Shown here: positions 8,656 to 16,859 of the stretch, in pieces
Position numbering within the stretch: position 1 is the first letter of the stretch
Layout of the letters: each line of letters opens with the position of its first letter
Source: an uncultured virus (IMG/VR IMGVR_UViG_3300031687_000005)
Taxonomy: Duplodnaviria > Heunggongvirae > Uroviricota > Caudoviricetes
IMG/VR virus record: IMGVR_UViG_3300031687_000005
Length of the DNA stretch: 20,000 nt
Strand: one strand, 5' to 3'
Notes under the pieces: generated by a model
What the model was told of the DNA's origin: nothing
What the model saw: only the letters and a program-made list of their open reading frames with translations
Database searches by the model: none
Position numbers and translations under genes: made by a program

Positions 8656-10488
8656 ATGGCTAAAGAAGTAAAAATAACCATAAACACAAAGAATCCAACC
8701 ATATCGGTAGGAACAAAAGCTAATGTAGTTGTTGGTCGTGATTCCTCCCTAGACCCCGCTATACACTTTAAATCTACAGGGTCTTCAGGTAATAAAGGAG
8801 ACTCTGGTTCGGTAGGTCCAGCTGGTGTTGATGGTATTGATGGAGTTGGATTAACTACAGTTCAAGAAAATCAAATAGGGGTTAATAGTTTAAAGATTAC
8901 GTACCCTGAAGATGATGCTTCTAAACTTGCTGGAATATCTGCAGGTGCTGAGGTCAATGTTAGGTCTGATTGGAATTCTATTTCAGGTGATTCAGAGATA
9001 CTAAACAAACCATTTGTACCTCTTGACTTGACTGTAAGTGGTCAAGGGATTGTTCATGCAAACAACTACACAGACACCGATACAGTATACACACACCCAA
9101 GTAACCATTCTATATCTGTTATAACGGGATTGCAGTCAGCCTTAAATGGTAAGATAAACAATGCTCAAGTACTTACAGATGTGCCTAGTGGTGCTTTATT
9201 CACTGATACAGACACTGTATACTCTCACCCCGACAATCATGCCATTTCTGTAACTACAGGGCTACAATCAGCTCTAGATGGAAAGGTAGATGACGGACAG
9301 GTATTAACAGATGTCCCTTCGGGAGCTTTGTTTACAGATACAAACACTGTATATGACGCTACAACTATACAGGCGGAGGTTGACGCAAACACAACAAAGA
9401 ATACAAACGTAGTAGGAGACCTTACCGTAACAGCGGCTGGACATAAGTTACAACTAAACACTTCAAACGGTGCTGATGTGTCACTGCCATTAGCTACTAC
9501 GGATGCGTGGGGAGTAATGTCAGACGAGATGTTTGATGAACATGAGATTAATAAAGCTAAAGTATCTAACATAGTACAAGCAAATGTGACAGGTAATGCA
9601 GGTACAGTGACAACTAATGCCGACCTGACTGGCGATGTAACGTCTTCAGGGAATGCAACTACAATGGCTGCGGCACAAACAAACATAAACTCTATACTTG
9701 CTACAGATTTAGTTATCGGTGAAGATTTACAAACCTGCATAGATTTTGGTACTCCTAACAATATTAAGCTTAAATTAAATAATACTGATGAAATAACTAT
9801 AGCTGGAAACTCTATGTACCCTACTTCAAACAATGGTATAGCTCTAGGTGTTTCTAATAATGGTTGGTCAGATTTATTTCTAGCAAGTGGGGCAGCTCTG
9901 TCTTGGAGTGGGGGGGCTTATGTATATTCATTTTCAAATGAATTGCACGTAGGTCTTAACACATCTGGAAGTGATGTAAAGATACATGGAGATACTTCTG
10001 GGGCACACTTATTTTGGGATGAAAGTGCTGACAATTTATCTGCTCAAGGAAGCGCAACAATAACTGCTACAACCGTAACAACTTCCACTCACTTTATACA
10101 CACTGGTACTTACTTAAGTTACTCATACTCAAGGTATTTACCATTGAATGGTAGTTTGAATGAACAGAATACATCTACATCTGGACCTGAATATACTTCA
10201 TTTGTATGGCCTTACGGTGGTACTGTAAAATCTATATGGGTAAGAACTGAAGCGGACTCTGGAGATACGGTTATTAAACTATATAAAGGAGCTAATGGTA
10301 GTTCTGTTAGTACAGCCATGGGGAGTGTAACTCTTGATTGTGATGCTAACACTTCCGTCGAATTTGATATGACTGGAGTAACAAACAACTTCAATCAAGG
10401 AGAGGCTATGGCTATATGGATTGACCCAACCAATGCATCTCAAGGTGTGAATGTTACTATAGAATGTGTGTTTAATTTAACAACTTAA
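8656..10488 (+). CDS. Tail fibre protein with short collagen-like segment and internal 44-aa repeats
   Basis: 610 aa. Gly-X-Y run (GSSGNKGDSGSVGPAGVDGIDG), 'SDWN....SEILNKP' and 'HxISxxTGLQSAL' fibre motifs, and a beta-rich C-terminal head. Confidence 0.75.
   Translation: MAKEVKITINTKNPTISVGTKANVVVGRDSSLDPAIHFKSTGSSGNKGDSGSVGPAGVDGIDGVGLTTVQENQIGVNSLKITYPEDDASKLAGISAGAEVNVRSDWNSISGDSEILNKPFVPLDLTVSGQGIVHANNYTDTDTVYTHPSNHSISVITGLQSALNGKINNAQVLTDVPSGALFTDTDTVYSHPDNHAISVTTGLQSALDGKVDDGQVLTDVPSGALFTDTNTVYDATTIQAEVDANTTKNTNVVGDLTVTAAGHKLQLNTSNGADVSLPLATTDAWGVMSDEMFDEHEINKAKVSNIVQANVTGNAGTVTTNADLTGDVTSSGNATTMAAAQTNINSILATDLVIGEDLQTCIDFGTPNNIKLKLNNTDEITIAGNSMYPTSNNGIALGVSNNGWSDLFLASGAALSWSGGAYVYSFSNELHVGLNTSGSDVKIHGDTSGAHLFWDESADNLSAQGSATITATTVTTSTHFIHTGTYLSYSYSRYLPLNGSLNEQNTSTSGPEYTSFVWPYGGTVKSIWVRTEADSGDTVIKLYKGANGSSVSTAMGSVTLDCDANTSVEFDMTGVTNNFNQGEAMAIWIDPTNASQGVNVTIECVFNLTT
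9070..9354 (+). repeat. Intragenic tandem repeat, 132-nt/44-aa unit (two full copies plus the start of a third)
   Basis: TDTDTVYTHPSNHSISVITGLQSALNGKINNAQVLTDVPSGALF (9070), TDTDTVYSHPDNHAISVTTGLQSALDGKVDDGQVLTDVPSGALF (9202), TDTNTVY (9334). Confidence 0.9.
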
Positions 10489-10492
10489 GATT

Positions 10493-10873
10493 ATGCCATT
10501 AGGAACTCAACAGTCTGTATCAATACACGACAAGACAGGAAACGATAAAGAGAAACTTAAAGATGAGTTTGACGCTGGACACATGAATAGGATTGCTACT
10601 AGCCCAGACGAAGAACCTATGATAGCAAGTTTGATATATCAAATAGGATTATTGAAAGAAGATATAGACGAACTACGTAGGTACTTAACTGCAGAGGTTG
10701 GTGACGGAGCTGCAGGAACTAACGGAACTAACGGAACTAACGGTAGTAACGGTTCAGATGCTACTGTAGATTTATTTATGAGAACGCTTAACGGCAATAG
10801 ACTACCGAAAAAAGCCCCAGCTAGAGGTTCAGGCGTTCTTTGGAACGATAGAGGAATAGTTAAAATAGGATAA
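10493..10873 (+). CDS. Small coiled-coil/collagen-like fibre-associated protein
   Basis: 126 aa. Heptad stretch LKEDIDELRRYL, then G-T-N triplets and a C-terminal 'LP...P..SGVLWNDRGIVKI' motif typical of phage fibre-type proteins. Confidence 0.6.
   Translation: MPLGTQQSVSIHDKTGNDKEKLKDEFDAGHMNRIATSPDEEPMIASLIYQIGLLKEDIDELRRYLTAEVGDGAAGTNGTNGTNGSNGSDATVDLFMRTLNGNRLPKKAPARGSGVLWNDRGIVKIG
10715..10759 (+). repeat. 9-bp tandem repeat (GGAACTAAC x3 plus 2 degenerate copies) encoding Gly-X-Y triplets
   Basis: ggaactaac ggaactaac ggaactaac ggtagtaac ggttcagat. Confidence 0.9.
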
Positions 10874-10876
10874 GAC

Positions 10877-11458
10877 ATGGCTAAGATAGATATAAACTTA
10901 ACTACAAGTGTAGATATAAGTGTAAGAGAAGGAGATACCTTTCAGTTAGATTTAGGTATAACTAAAGAAGATGGGACTGATTTTAGTTTTGAAAATGATG
11001 CTATTATATTTTCTGTGTATGGTTCAGGAGGAGTCCCTGTAATGTTATTAAACTCTGGTTCTGTTCCTCATTACATAACAAGCTCTAGTCCTAGTGGTTT
11101 TGTTTCTGCAAGTATGCTACAAAAAGCTAGAGCCATAAGTAATCTACTAGATTTTGATATAAATTTACTTACCTTCATTGATTATGATAGTTATATAATA
11201 CCACGATATTTAAATAGTGCAAGTGGATTAACTACTAGTATTTATAATGTTCAACAAATAGAAGGAGGGATAAGGTTGATTGTTCAATCTCACGCATTTA
11301 ACCTACCTCAAGGCTCGTACTCTTACGAACTTAAGGTGGCTTCTGATTTAGTAGATGTACTTAAAGGGGTTAGTTACGATACAAATAATATTGTAGATAG
11401 CTACTTTAAAAACTCATCAACATGGATGGAGGGTAAATTTATAGTAAACAAAAACTAA
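10877..11458 (+). CDS. Putative tail/baseplate beta-sandwich protein (paralog 2 of 3)
   Basis: 'DISVREGDTF...FNLPQGSYSYELK...TWMEGKFIV'. Confidence 0.55.
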   Translation: MAKIDINLTTSVDISVREGDTFQLDLGITKEDGTDFSFENDAIIFSVYGSGGVPVMLLNSGSVPHYITSSSPSGFVSASMLQKARAISNLLDFDINLLTFIDYDSYIIPRYLNSASGLTTSIYNVQQIEGGIRLIVQSHAFNLPQGSYSYELKVASDLVDVLKGVSYDTNNIVDSYFKNSSTWMEGKFIVNKN

Positions 11459-11460
11459 TT

Positions 11461-12387
11461 ATGGCTATTAAAATCACAGCAGACAAATCTAAGAAGGTTG
11501 ATATAACAGCAAAGAGAGGTGATAGCTTTTCTGTAAACCTTGAGATTAAAAACGAATCAGGCTCTCTTTTAGAATTCACTAGAGACGGATACACGTACCT
11601 AAAGTACCAAGAATACTTATCTAACAATTACAGTGTCTCTTCTGGGGATAAGTGGTCGTGGTTAGGGGCTGAAGACGTTATGTTATTTGTTGTAACAACG
11701 GAAGATGACACCCCTGTACTGGCTGCGTGTAGTTCAGATTTAGACTTAGCTATGTTTAATCAAGACTTTGACCCTACTAGTCATTTAACTAACGTAATCC
11801 CTAATTCAGGATTGTACTCAAAACCAACCAATCAGAGAGATTTTGATAAGTACTACGACACTATGCACATGTATAAAATTATAGGTATAGCTAAAGCTAT
11901 ATCTAAGTCGTCTAATAAAAACACTGAACTAGAGAGGTCTAACTATGGTTTAGAAAACTTAGTTTTTTCAACCACATACATGAAGACTCTTGTGGATTTT
12001 GAAACCCCAGGTAGCTTTCAAATGAGTACAACCACTAACTACAGAACGTGGTTGCAGAATATCTTTACAAATTTAGACGTTATAACAAACTCAAACCTTT
12101 TAGTTGCCATGAAAAATACTATTGATGGGTACACAGAGCCTACTGGTAATGATTATATTTTCTGGGGAAGAGTGGAGGGCAACAATGCTTTTACGATTAA
12201 ATTTGACCATAACCACTTTAATCTTCCCGCAGGTAATTACAAATACACTTTTAAATCTCTTTCTGATTACAATATGGCTGAATCTACTGATGCTAGTACA
12301 ATTAACTATGAGGTAGATTCAAATGAAGGTAATCTATACACCAACATAACAACGTGGATACACGGTAAGCTCAAGATAAATGACTAA
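11461..12387 (+). CDS. Putative tail/baseplate beta-sandwich protein (paralog 3 of 3, long central insertion)
   Basis: 'DITAKRGDSF...FNLPAGNYKYTFK...TWIHGKLKI'. Confidence 0.55.
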   Translation: MAIKITADKSKKVDITAKRGDSFSVNLEIKNESGSLLEFTRDGYTYLKYQEYLSNNYSVSSGDKWSWLGAEDVMLFVVTTEDDTPVLAACSSDLDLAMFNQDFDPTSHLTNVIPNSGLYSKPTNQRDFDKYYDTMHMYKIIGIAKAISKSSNKNTELERSNYGLENLVFSTTYMKTLVDFETPGSFQMSTTTNYRTWLQNIFTNLDVITNSNLLVAMKNTIDGYTEPTGNDYIFWGRVEGNNAFTIKFDHNHFNLPAGNYKYTFKSLSDYNMAESTDASTINYEVDSNEGNLYTNITTWIHGKLKIND

Positions 12388-12520
12388 AGAAGAAGATAAG
12401 AAGGTTAACGAGGAAGTGGCTAGAAAACAATGGGACAGTTGGTTAACTGATTTAGAAGAAGGAGACCAACCAGAGTCATGCACTATAGACGACCCTGACT
12501 GTGAGGCATGTGGTTCGTAA
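12380..12520 (+). CDS. 46-aa acidic micro-protein ending in CTIDDPDCEACGS (resembles the NrdA C-terminal redox tail)
   Basis: Not in the ORF track. Hand translation: MTKEEDKKVNEEVARKQWDSWLTDLEEGDQPESCTIDDPDCEACGS*. It overlaps the previous stop and fills the gap. Confidence 0.7.
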   Translation: MTKEEDKKVNEEVARKQWDSWLTDLEEGDQPESCTIDDPDCEACGS

Positions 12521-12528
12521 AAAAGAAT

Positions 12529-12536
12529 TATATTTG
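12529..12536 (+). promoter_or_regulatory. Bacteroidota-type -7 promoter box (TAnnTTTG)
   Basis: TATATTTG in the intergenic gap before the ATG at 12560; the same octamer as at 1562. Confidence 0.45.
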
Positions 12537-12559
12537 ATAACAAACTAAAACAATATACA

Positions 12560-12817
12560 ATGGCTTCAATACATGATTTAAACACAAGACTAACAGCTTC
12601 AAACGGAACTGATATACATAAAGGAGTTGTCGCAACAACAGCAACTTCAGGCACTTACTTTGGTTGTCAATTCTTAAATGACGGTACATACACTTTTATT
12701 ATGGATGGAGTAACGAATACTTCTATTGATATAGTTGGAGGGTGTGTCCTGTTTGGGGATATAACATCTATGGATGCTACGGGTGGGTCAGATGCAGTCG
12801 CTCTATACAAAAACTAA
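12560..12817 (+). CDS. Small hypothetical beta-rich protein
   Basis: 85 aa, with an A-rich leader (AACTAAAACAATATACAATG). Confidence 0.6.
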   Translation: MASIHDLNTRLTASNGTDIHKGVVATTATSGTYFGCQFLNDGTYTFIMDGVTNTSIDIVGGCVLFGDITSMDATGGSDAVALYKN

Positions 12818-13029
12818 TGGAGATATTCAAGAACGATAATAACTGGAACGAGAAGTCTATCGTAGGATTCATAGCATTTGCTGTTATGTGTCTTATTATG
12901 GTAGCCGACCTTGTTACTGGCTGGCTCGGGGCTGAACTAATAGTAAACGAGTTTGTTTACCAAGCCTTTGTATGGGTTGTATTAGGATGCTTCGGTATAT
13001 CAGGTGCTGAGAAATTCGCCAAGAAATGA
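12817..13029 (+). CDS. Small two-TM membrane protein (holin-like)
   Basis: Start reassigned to ATG 12817 (TAATG overlap): MEIFKNDNNWNEKSIVGFIAFAVMCLIMVADLVTGWLG...AFVWVVLGCFGISGAEKFAKK, with two hydrophobic helices and a basic C-terminus. Confidence 0.6.
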   Translation: MEIFKNDNNWNEKSIVGFIAFAVMCLIMVADLVTGWLGAELIVNEFVYQAFVWVVLGCFGISGAEKFAKK

Positions 13030-14042
13030 AAAAATTACTATACATATTATTACTATGCCCAGCAATTGCAAGTGCTCAAATTCTAAGGTTCGCAACTTTC
13101 TACGCAAGCTTTTCAACTGGTGCTCCTTTCACGGAGAGCCAACAATTCCTAGTGAATGGTGTTGCTGGTTCAGGCCATCTAATGGAGATGACAGAGGTTA
13201 ATGAACCTAACTATAATATCAGTATAGGATTAAGAAAGATAGCTCGATTCGACTATCAAGTAAAACAAGGTAACTTTTACACTGGCTCAGAGAATGAGGT
13301 AAGTGATTACGCTACAATATCTAACGCTCCTGGGTTGGAGTACTTATTTGAGTACTCTTCTATACGGAGTAGGGGTATGACGTTTCGTCAACATGAATAT
13401 AAACTTCGGTATATATCAAACAACTACACAGCGAGAGCTTCGTATGTTAATGACGGTTTAATTAATTTACAATATACTTTGGGCGAAGTTAGGTTACGCA
13501 AGAGTTTGGGGAATGTAGACCTCACTCTGGGCGTAGCCCATCGTTCTCACCCTGTATATGGTTATTCCCCAGTAACTGAATGGTTCTCTAAGCCTGAGAA
13601 TAAACATTGGTGGCAGTTAGCTAATGAGTTTGGGTTCTATAGTGACGAGACTGAGTGCTGGACTAATGACGGTACATGCGTTGCAGTCTCAGATGTGGAG
13701 TTCTATACTTACCATTTCACTGATGCTGTAAACGAATACAATAATCAACAACTCGACCTTTTAGGGCTTCAACAAGAAGTGTCTGCTGTGATAGGAGCTG
13801 ATTATTATATGTACTCAACTAAAGCTTGGATACATGCTTGGGCTTCCTTATACCCTATACACAAAGGGCTGAGTGATTATTCATATTCTTATCCTAACAA
13901 ACAGACTGAATGGGATTTAGGTTTTGTTGCAGGCTCAAAAGTTAACAGACATTTTAGTATATTTGTAGAAGGCAGACACCTCAAGTACTGGGATATACTG
14001 TCTTACGAGATGAAAATTGGATTAAACTATATAATATTCTAA
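13026..14042 (+). CDS. Putative outer-membrane beta-barrel protein
   Basis: Sec signal MKKLLYILLLCPAIASA|Q, alternating aromatic beta-strands, and a terminal beta-signal-like 'YEMKIGLNYIIF' ending in Phe. Confidence 0.65.
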   Translation: MKKLLYILLLCPAIASAQILRFATFYASFSTGAPFTESQQFLVNGVAGSGHLMEMTEVNEPNYNISIGLRKIARFDYQVKQGNFYTGSENEVSDYATISNAPGLEYLFEYSSIRSRGMTFRQHEYKLRYISNNYTARASYVNDGLINLQYTLGEVRLRKSLGNVDLTLGVAHRSHPVYGYSPVTEWFSKPENKHWWQLANEFGFYSDETECWTNDGTCVAVSDVEFYTYHFTDAVNEYNNQQLDLLGLQQEVSAVIGADYYMYSTKAWIHAWASLYPIHKGLSDYSYSYPNKQTEWDLGFVAGSKVNRHFSIFVEGRHLKYWDILSYEMKIGLNYIIF

Positions 14043-14045
14043 ACA

Positions 14046-14324
14046 ATGGCTAAAGAATTAAGTGAAGACACGTCAATACAGTTAAGTGTAAAAACATTAG
14101 GTGGTATAGCCTTCGGAATTGCAACCCTAGTAGGTATGTGGTTCATGTTACAGAATGACATAGCAGAGGCTAGAGAGCTTCCCTTACCAACAGTTCCTGC
14201 AATTACACGTATGGAGTTTGACATGAAGGATAAGCTTGTTAGACAGACTATAATGAATACCCAGGATGATGTTTCCGAGATTAAGGAAGACATGAAGTTA
14301 ATCAAAGCAAAGCTTTATGAATAA
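14046..14324 (+). CDS. Single-TM protein with C-terminal coiled coil
   Basis: TM segment 'TLGGIAFGIATLVGMWFML', followed by heptads 'VSEIKEDMKLIKAKL'. Confidence 0.6.
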   Translation: MAKELSEDTSIQLSVKTLGGIAFGIATLVGMWFMLQNDIAEARELPLPTVPAITRMEFDMKDKLVRQTIMNTQDDVSEIKEDMKLIKAKLYE

Positions 14325-14685
14325 GCTACTACTCCTATTCTTGCTCACTACAAATATTGTAGCTCAAGAGTTCATCACTTCTAGCTCATTTGATTCAAAG
14401 ACAGCTAAAGGAATAGTGGTAATTGAGTTCTATGCCTCATGGAACGATGGTAATAAAGTTACTTTTCTACCCTCATTAAAGGATTGCGATAGTTATAAGC
14501 TGTCTATTGTTAATAACTCTTCAATACAACAACGTTTTAACGTTACTTCTATACCTACCTTGATTGTCTTGAACAACGGTATTGAAGAAAAGAGATTTAA
14601 CCCTAACATAATGATGCAGTTAAAGACTACCCAAAAGGAAGTCCAGTCATTTATAGACGAGATAATATTTAATAAGTTTCAGTAA
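14317..14685 (+). CDS. Exported thioredoxin-fold protein lacking the CxxC active site
   Basis: Signal peptide ...IVA|Q. 'GIVVIEFYASWNDGNK' sits where WCxxC is expected, and 'FNVTSIPTLIVLNNGIEEKRF' matches the thioredoxin cis-Pro region. Confidence 0.7.
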   Translation: MNKLLLLFLLTTNIVAQEFITSSSFDSKTAKGIVVIEFYASWNDGNKVTFLPSLKDCDSYKLSIVNNSSIQQRFNVTSIPTLIVLNNGIEEKRFNPNIMMQLKTTQKEVQSFIDEIIFNKFQ

Positions 14686-15233
14686 TGGATAAGGATAGAT
14701 TAGAGTATTCAGGATGGCTAACGCTTTGTATAGCGTTGTTAGTTTTCATTTTAATAGGTATTAGCACTGTAGCTAAAGCTCAACAACAGCAAGTGTTTGT
14801 AGAATGTACAACAGGAGAATATCCTGATGAAGTTTCTTGGCAGATACTAACATGTAATGGAGGTATCTTACTAGAAGGTATAGCCCCGTACTTAGGTGCT
14901 GTGGTTTTACCAGAATATTACCAGATAAACATGGTTGATTCATACGGAGACGGATGGAATGGTGCATACTTATATGTAGGACAGACTGAATATGGTTTCT
15001 TATCTGATGTAGATTGGATAGACTCTCTTGGTACTTGGCCTCAAGAATTTAAAGAACAACTAGTAGACGTAGGGTGTTTGACTATAGGGATAGAAGAGGT
15101 AGATAATACAAGATTCATTCCAACTCACTACTACGATATTTTAGGTAGAGAAGTAGAACCCGTTAGAGGTTTCTATATAGCAAGCAATGGCATACTAACT
15201 AGAAAGGTTTACATAGATGAGATTAAGCGATAA
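14685..15233 (+). CDS. Secreted protein with DSYGDGWNG domain and T9SS type-A CTD-like C-terminus
   Basis: Signal/TM ...VAKA|QQQ. 'GEYPDEVSWQI...DSYGDGWNG' is a module common in flavobacterial secreted proteins. The C-terminus reads 'IGIEE...YYDILGREV...GFYI....TRKVYI'. Confidence 0.65.
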   Translation: MDKDRLEYSGWLTLCIALLVFILIGISTVAKAQQQQVFVECTTGEYPDEVSWQILTCNGGILLEGIAPYLGAVVLPEYYQINMVDSYGDGWNGAYLYVGQTEYGFLSDVDWIDSLGTWPQEFKEQLVDVGCLTIGIEEVDNTRFIPTHYYDILGREVEPVRGFYIASNGILTRKVYIDEIKR

Positions 15234-15675
15234 TTTTGTATTGTCTGAGGTCACTCGAAGCAATGCAGCTAAACGATTGGGCATAGATAATGGACCTAGT
15301 AAAGAACACTTACGAAGTATACAAAGAATTATTACTAACCTTATACAACCTATGCGAGAAGCTCTTGGTCCTATTAGGATTAGTAGTGGTTATCGCAACC
15401 CAGCCCTCAACAGGGCTATCGGTGGAAGTGTTAAAAGTCAGCACTGTAAAGGTGAGGCTTTGGATTTACAATTCTGGAGTGAAGGTAAAATATCTAACAA
15501 AGAGATATATAACTGGGTACTAGAGAGTGGTGTAGAGTTTGACCAAATGATTAATGAATTCGACTTCGCTTGGATACATATATCATTAATCAAAGAAGAT
15601 AATAGAAAGCAAGTGTTGGAAGCCTACAAGGATGAAGACAACGATACTAAATATAAATACGCAGACCTATCATGA
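15217..15675 (+). CDS. Peptidase M15A-family endolysin (Zn peptidoglycan peptidase)
   Basis: 'LSDNFVLSE...ISSGYRNPALNRAIGG...SQHCKGEALD...WIHIS' contains the SxH-x6-D and HxS Zn-ligand motifs. Confidence 0.85.
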   Translation: MRLSDNFVLSEVTRSNAAKRLGIDNGPSKEHLRSIQRIITNLIQPMREALGPIRISSGYRNPALNRAIGGSVKSQHCKGEALDLQFWSEGKISNKEIYNWVLESGVEFDQMINEFDFAWIHISLIKEDNRKQVLEAYKDEDNDTKYKYADLS

Positions 15676-16055
15676 GCAAACTACTAGATTTTTTAGGTGG
15701 AAGCATCTTAGGAAGCGTTGGTAATATAGTAGATAACCTTACTACCTCTGATGAGGAGAGGTTGGCTGCTAAGAAAGCAATAGAAGAAGTTCTTATGAAG
15801 GCCGAAGTTCAGGCACAACAGGAAGTCACAAAGCGATGGGAAGCTGACATGAAGTCTGATAACTGGCTTAGTAAGAATATACGACCACTGATATGCATAT
15901 TTTTAACTGCCATATTTGTGGTTGTTTCTATTTTTGATGGTAACGCTGGTGGATTTACTATATCACCAGGCTATGTACCTATATATCAAACACTTCTTAT
16001 AACTGTATATGGTGCTTACTTTGCTGGAAGGACTATAGAAAAGATAAAGAAATAA
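15672..16055 (+). CDS. 3TM (GTA-type) holin family protein
   Basis: 'VDNLTTSDEERL...RWEADMKSDNWLSKNIRP...YGAYFAGRTIEK'; adjacent to the endolysin. Confidence 0.75.
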   Translation: MSKLLDFLGGSILGSVGNIVDNLTTSDEERLAAKKAIEEVLMKAEVQAQQEVTKRWEADMKSDNWLSKNIRPLICIFLTAIFVVVSIFDGNAGGFTISPGYVPIYQTLLITVYGAYFAGRTIEKIKK

Positions 16056-16435
16056 TGATTGAGTATCTTATAATACACTCTACGGGTACAGAGAAAGATT
16101 ACGTACCTGAGAAGAAAGAATATAATTTAACTGTATCTTGTGATATAGTACACTTTAACGGACAGCTTTCAAGATATAAAGCGGGGAAGGAGCACCCATC
16201 TGCAGATGAAGCCTACAAGCACATTGCTTATATAGGGGGCAAATTAGATGGCAAAGCTTCTGACACCGCAACTTGGAAGCAGTACGATAGTTTAGAGCAT
16301 GTTGTTATGTATCATTTACTATACAACCAGAACTTAAAGATAGCCTCTTCTTCTTTATTCTTTAATACCGACGCTGGTATAAAAGTTAGGAGATGGTTAG
16401 AAGACATAGGAGTTAACAAGAAAAATATAATGTAA
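16055..16435 (+). CDS. Degenerate N-acetylmuramoyl-L-alanine amidase (Amidase_2/T7 lysozyme-like)
   Basis: 'IEYLIIHSTGT...HIAYIGG...DTATWKQYDSL...VRRWL' follows the amidase pattern, but the C-terminal GH...CP Zn ligands are absent. Confidence 0.55.
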   Translation: MIEYLIIHSTGTEKDYVPEKKEYNLTVSCDIVHFNGQLSRYKAGKEHPSADEAYKHIAYIGGKLDGKASDTATWKQYDSLEHVVMYHLLYNQNLKIASSSLFFNTDAGIKVRRWLEDIGVNKKNIM

Positions 16436-16578
16436 TGACTATAGACATAGGCTTATATACAGGGATTCTTTTTGGAGTGAGAAGCTTTGAGCCTTCAGAG
16501 ACTCATCCATACTGGGAGTTTCATATTTATTTACCTCTTTTTTATATAGCATATATGAATGTAGACATAAGAGAATAG
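16435..16578 (+). CDS. 47-aa hypothetical protein
   Basis: Not in the ORF track. MTIDIGLYTGILFGVRSFEPSETHPYWEFHIYLPLFYIAYMNVDIRE*; TAATG overlap, fills the gap. Confidence 0.6.
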   Translation: MTIDIGLYTGILFGVRSFEPSETHPYWEFHIYLPLFYIAYMNVDIRE

Positions 16579-16580
16579 TT

Positions 16581-16859
16581 ATGGCAAGAAACACATTAGC
16601 GGGTAAAGGTAAAGGGTTAAGTAGAAGTGCAAAATACTACGCTGCAAACCCTGACGCTCGTAAAAAAAAGCAGGCTTATGATAAGAAGTATCATTCAACT
16701 GATAAACGTAAGAGTTATAGAGCTAAGTTGAATAAGAAAAATCGTGAAGCAGGTACTTACGGTAATAAGGATGGGAAAGATATGTCTCATACTAAGAAGG
16801 GTAAGTTAGTCAAGGAAAAGCAATCTACAAACAGAGCAAGAAATCGTGGGAAAAAATAA
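16581..16859 (+). CDS. Small highly basic protein, degenerate HNH-like
   Basis: K/R-rich; 'DGKDMSH...NRARN' resembles the minimal HNH-like proteins of phages. Confidence 0.5.
   Translation: MARNTLAGKGKGLSRSAKYYAANPDARKKKQAYDKKYHSTDKRKSYRAKLNKKNREAGTYGNKDGKDMSHTKKGKLVKEKQSTNRARNRGKK

Noticed and set aside
888..12654. Minus-strand ORFs in the structural block (888, 3971, 4173, 5066, 5100, 9237, 10212, 10639, 11439, 12334) and the + strand ORF 12122
   Set aside because: They are shadows of longer + strand genes, with no recognisable motifs.
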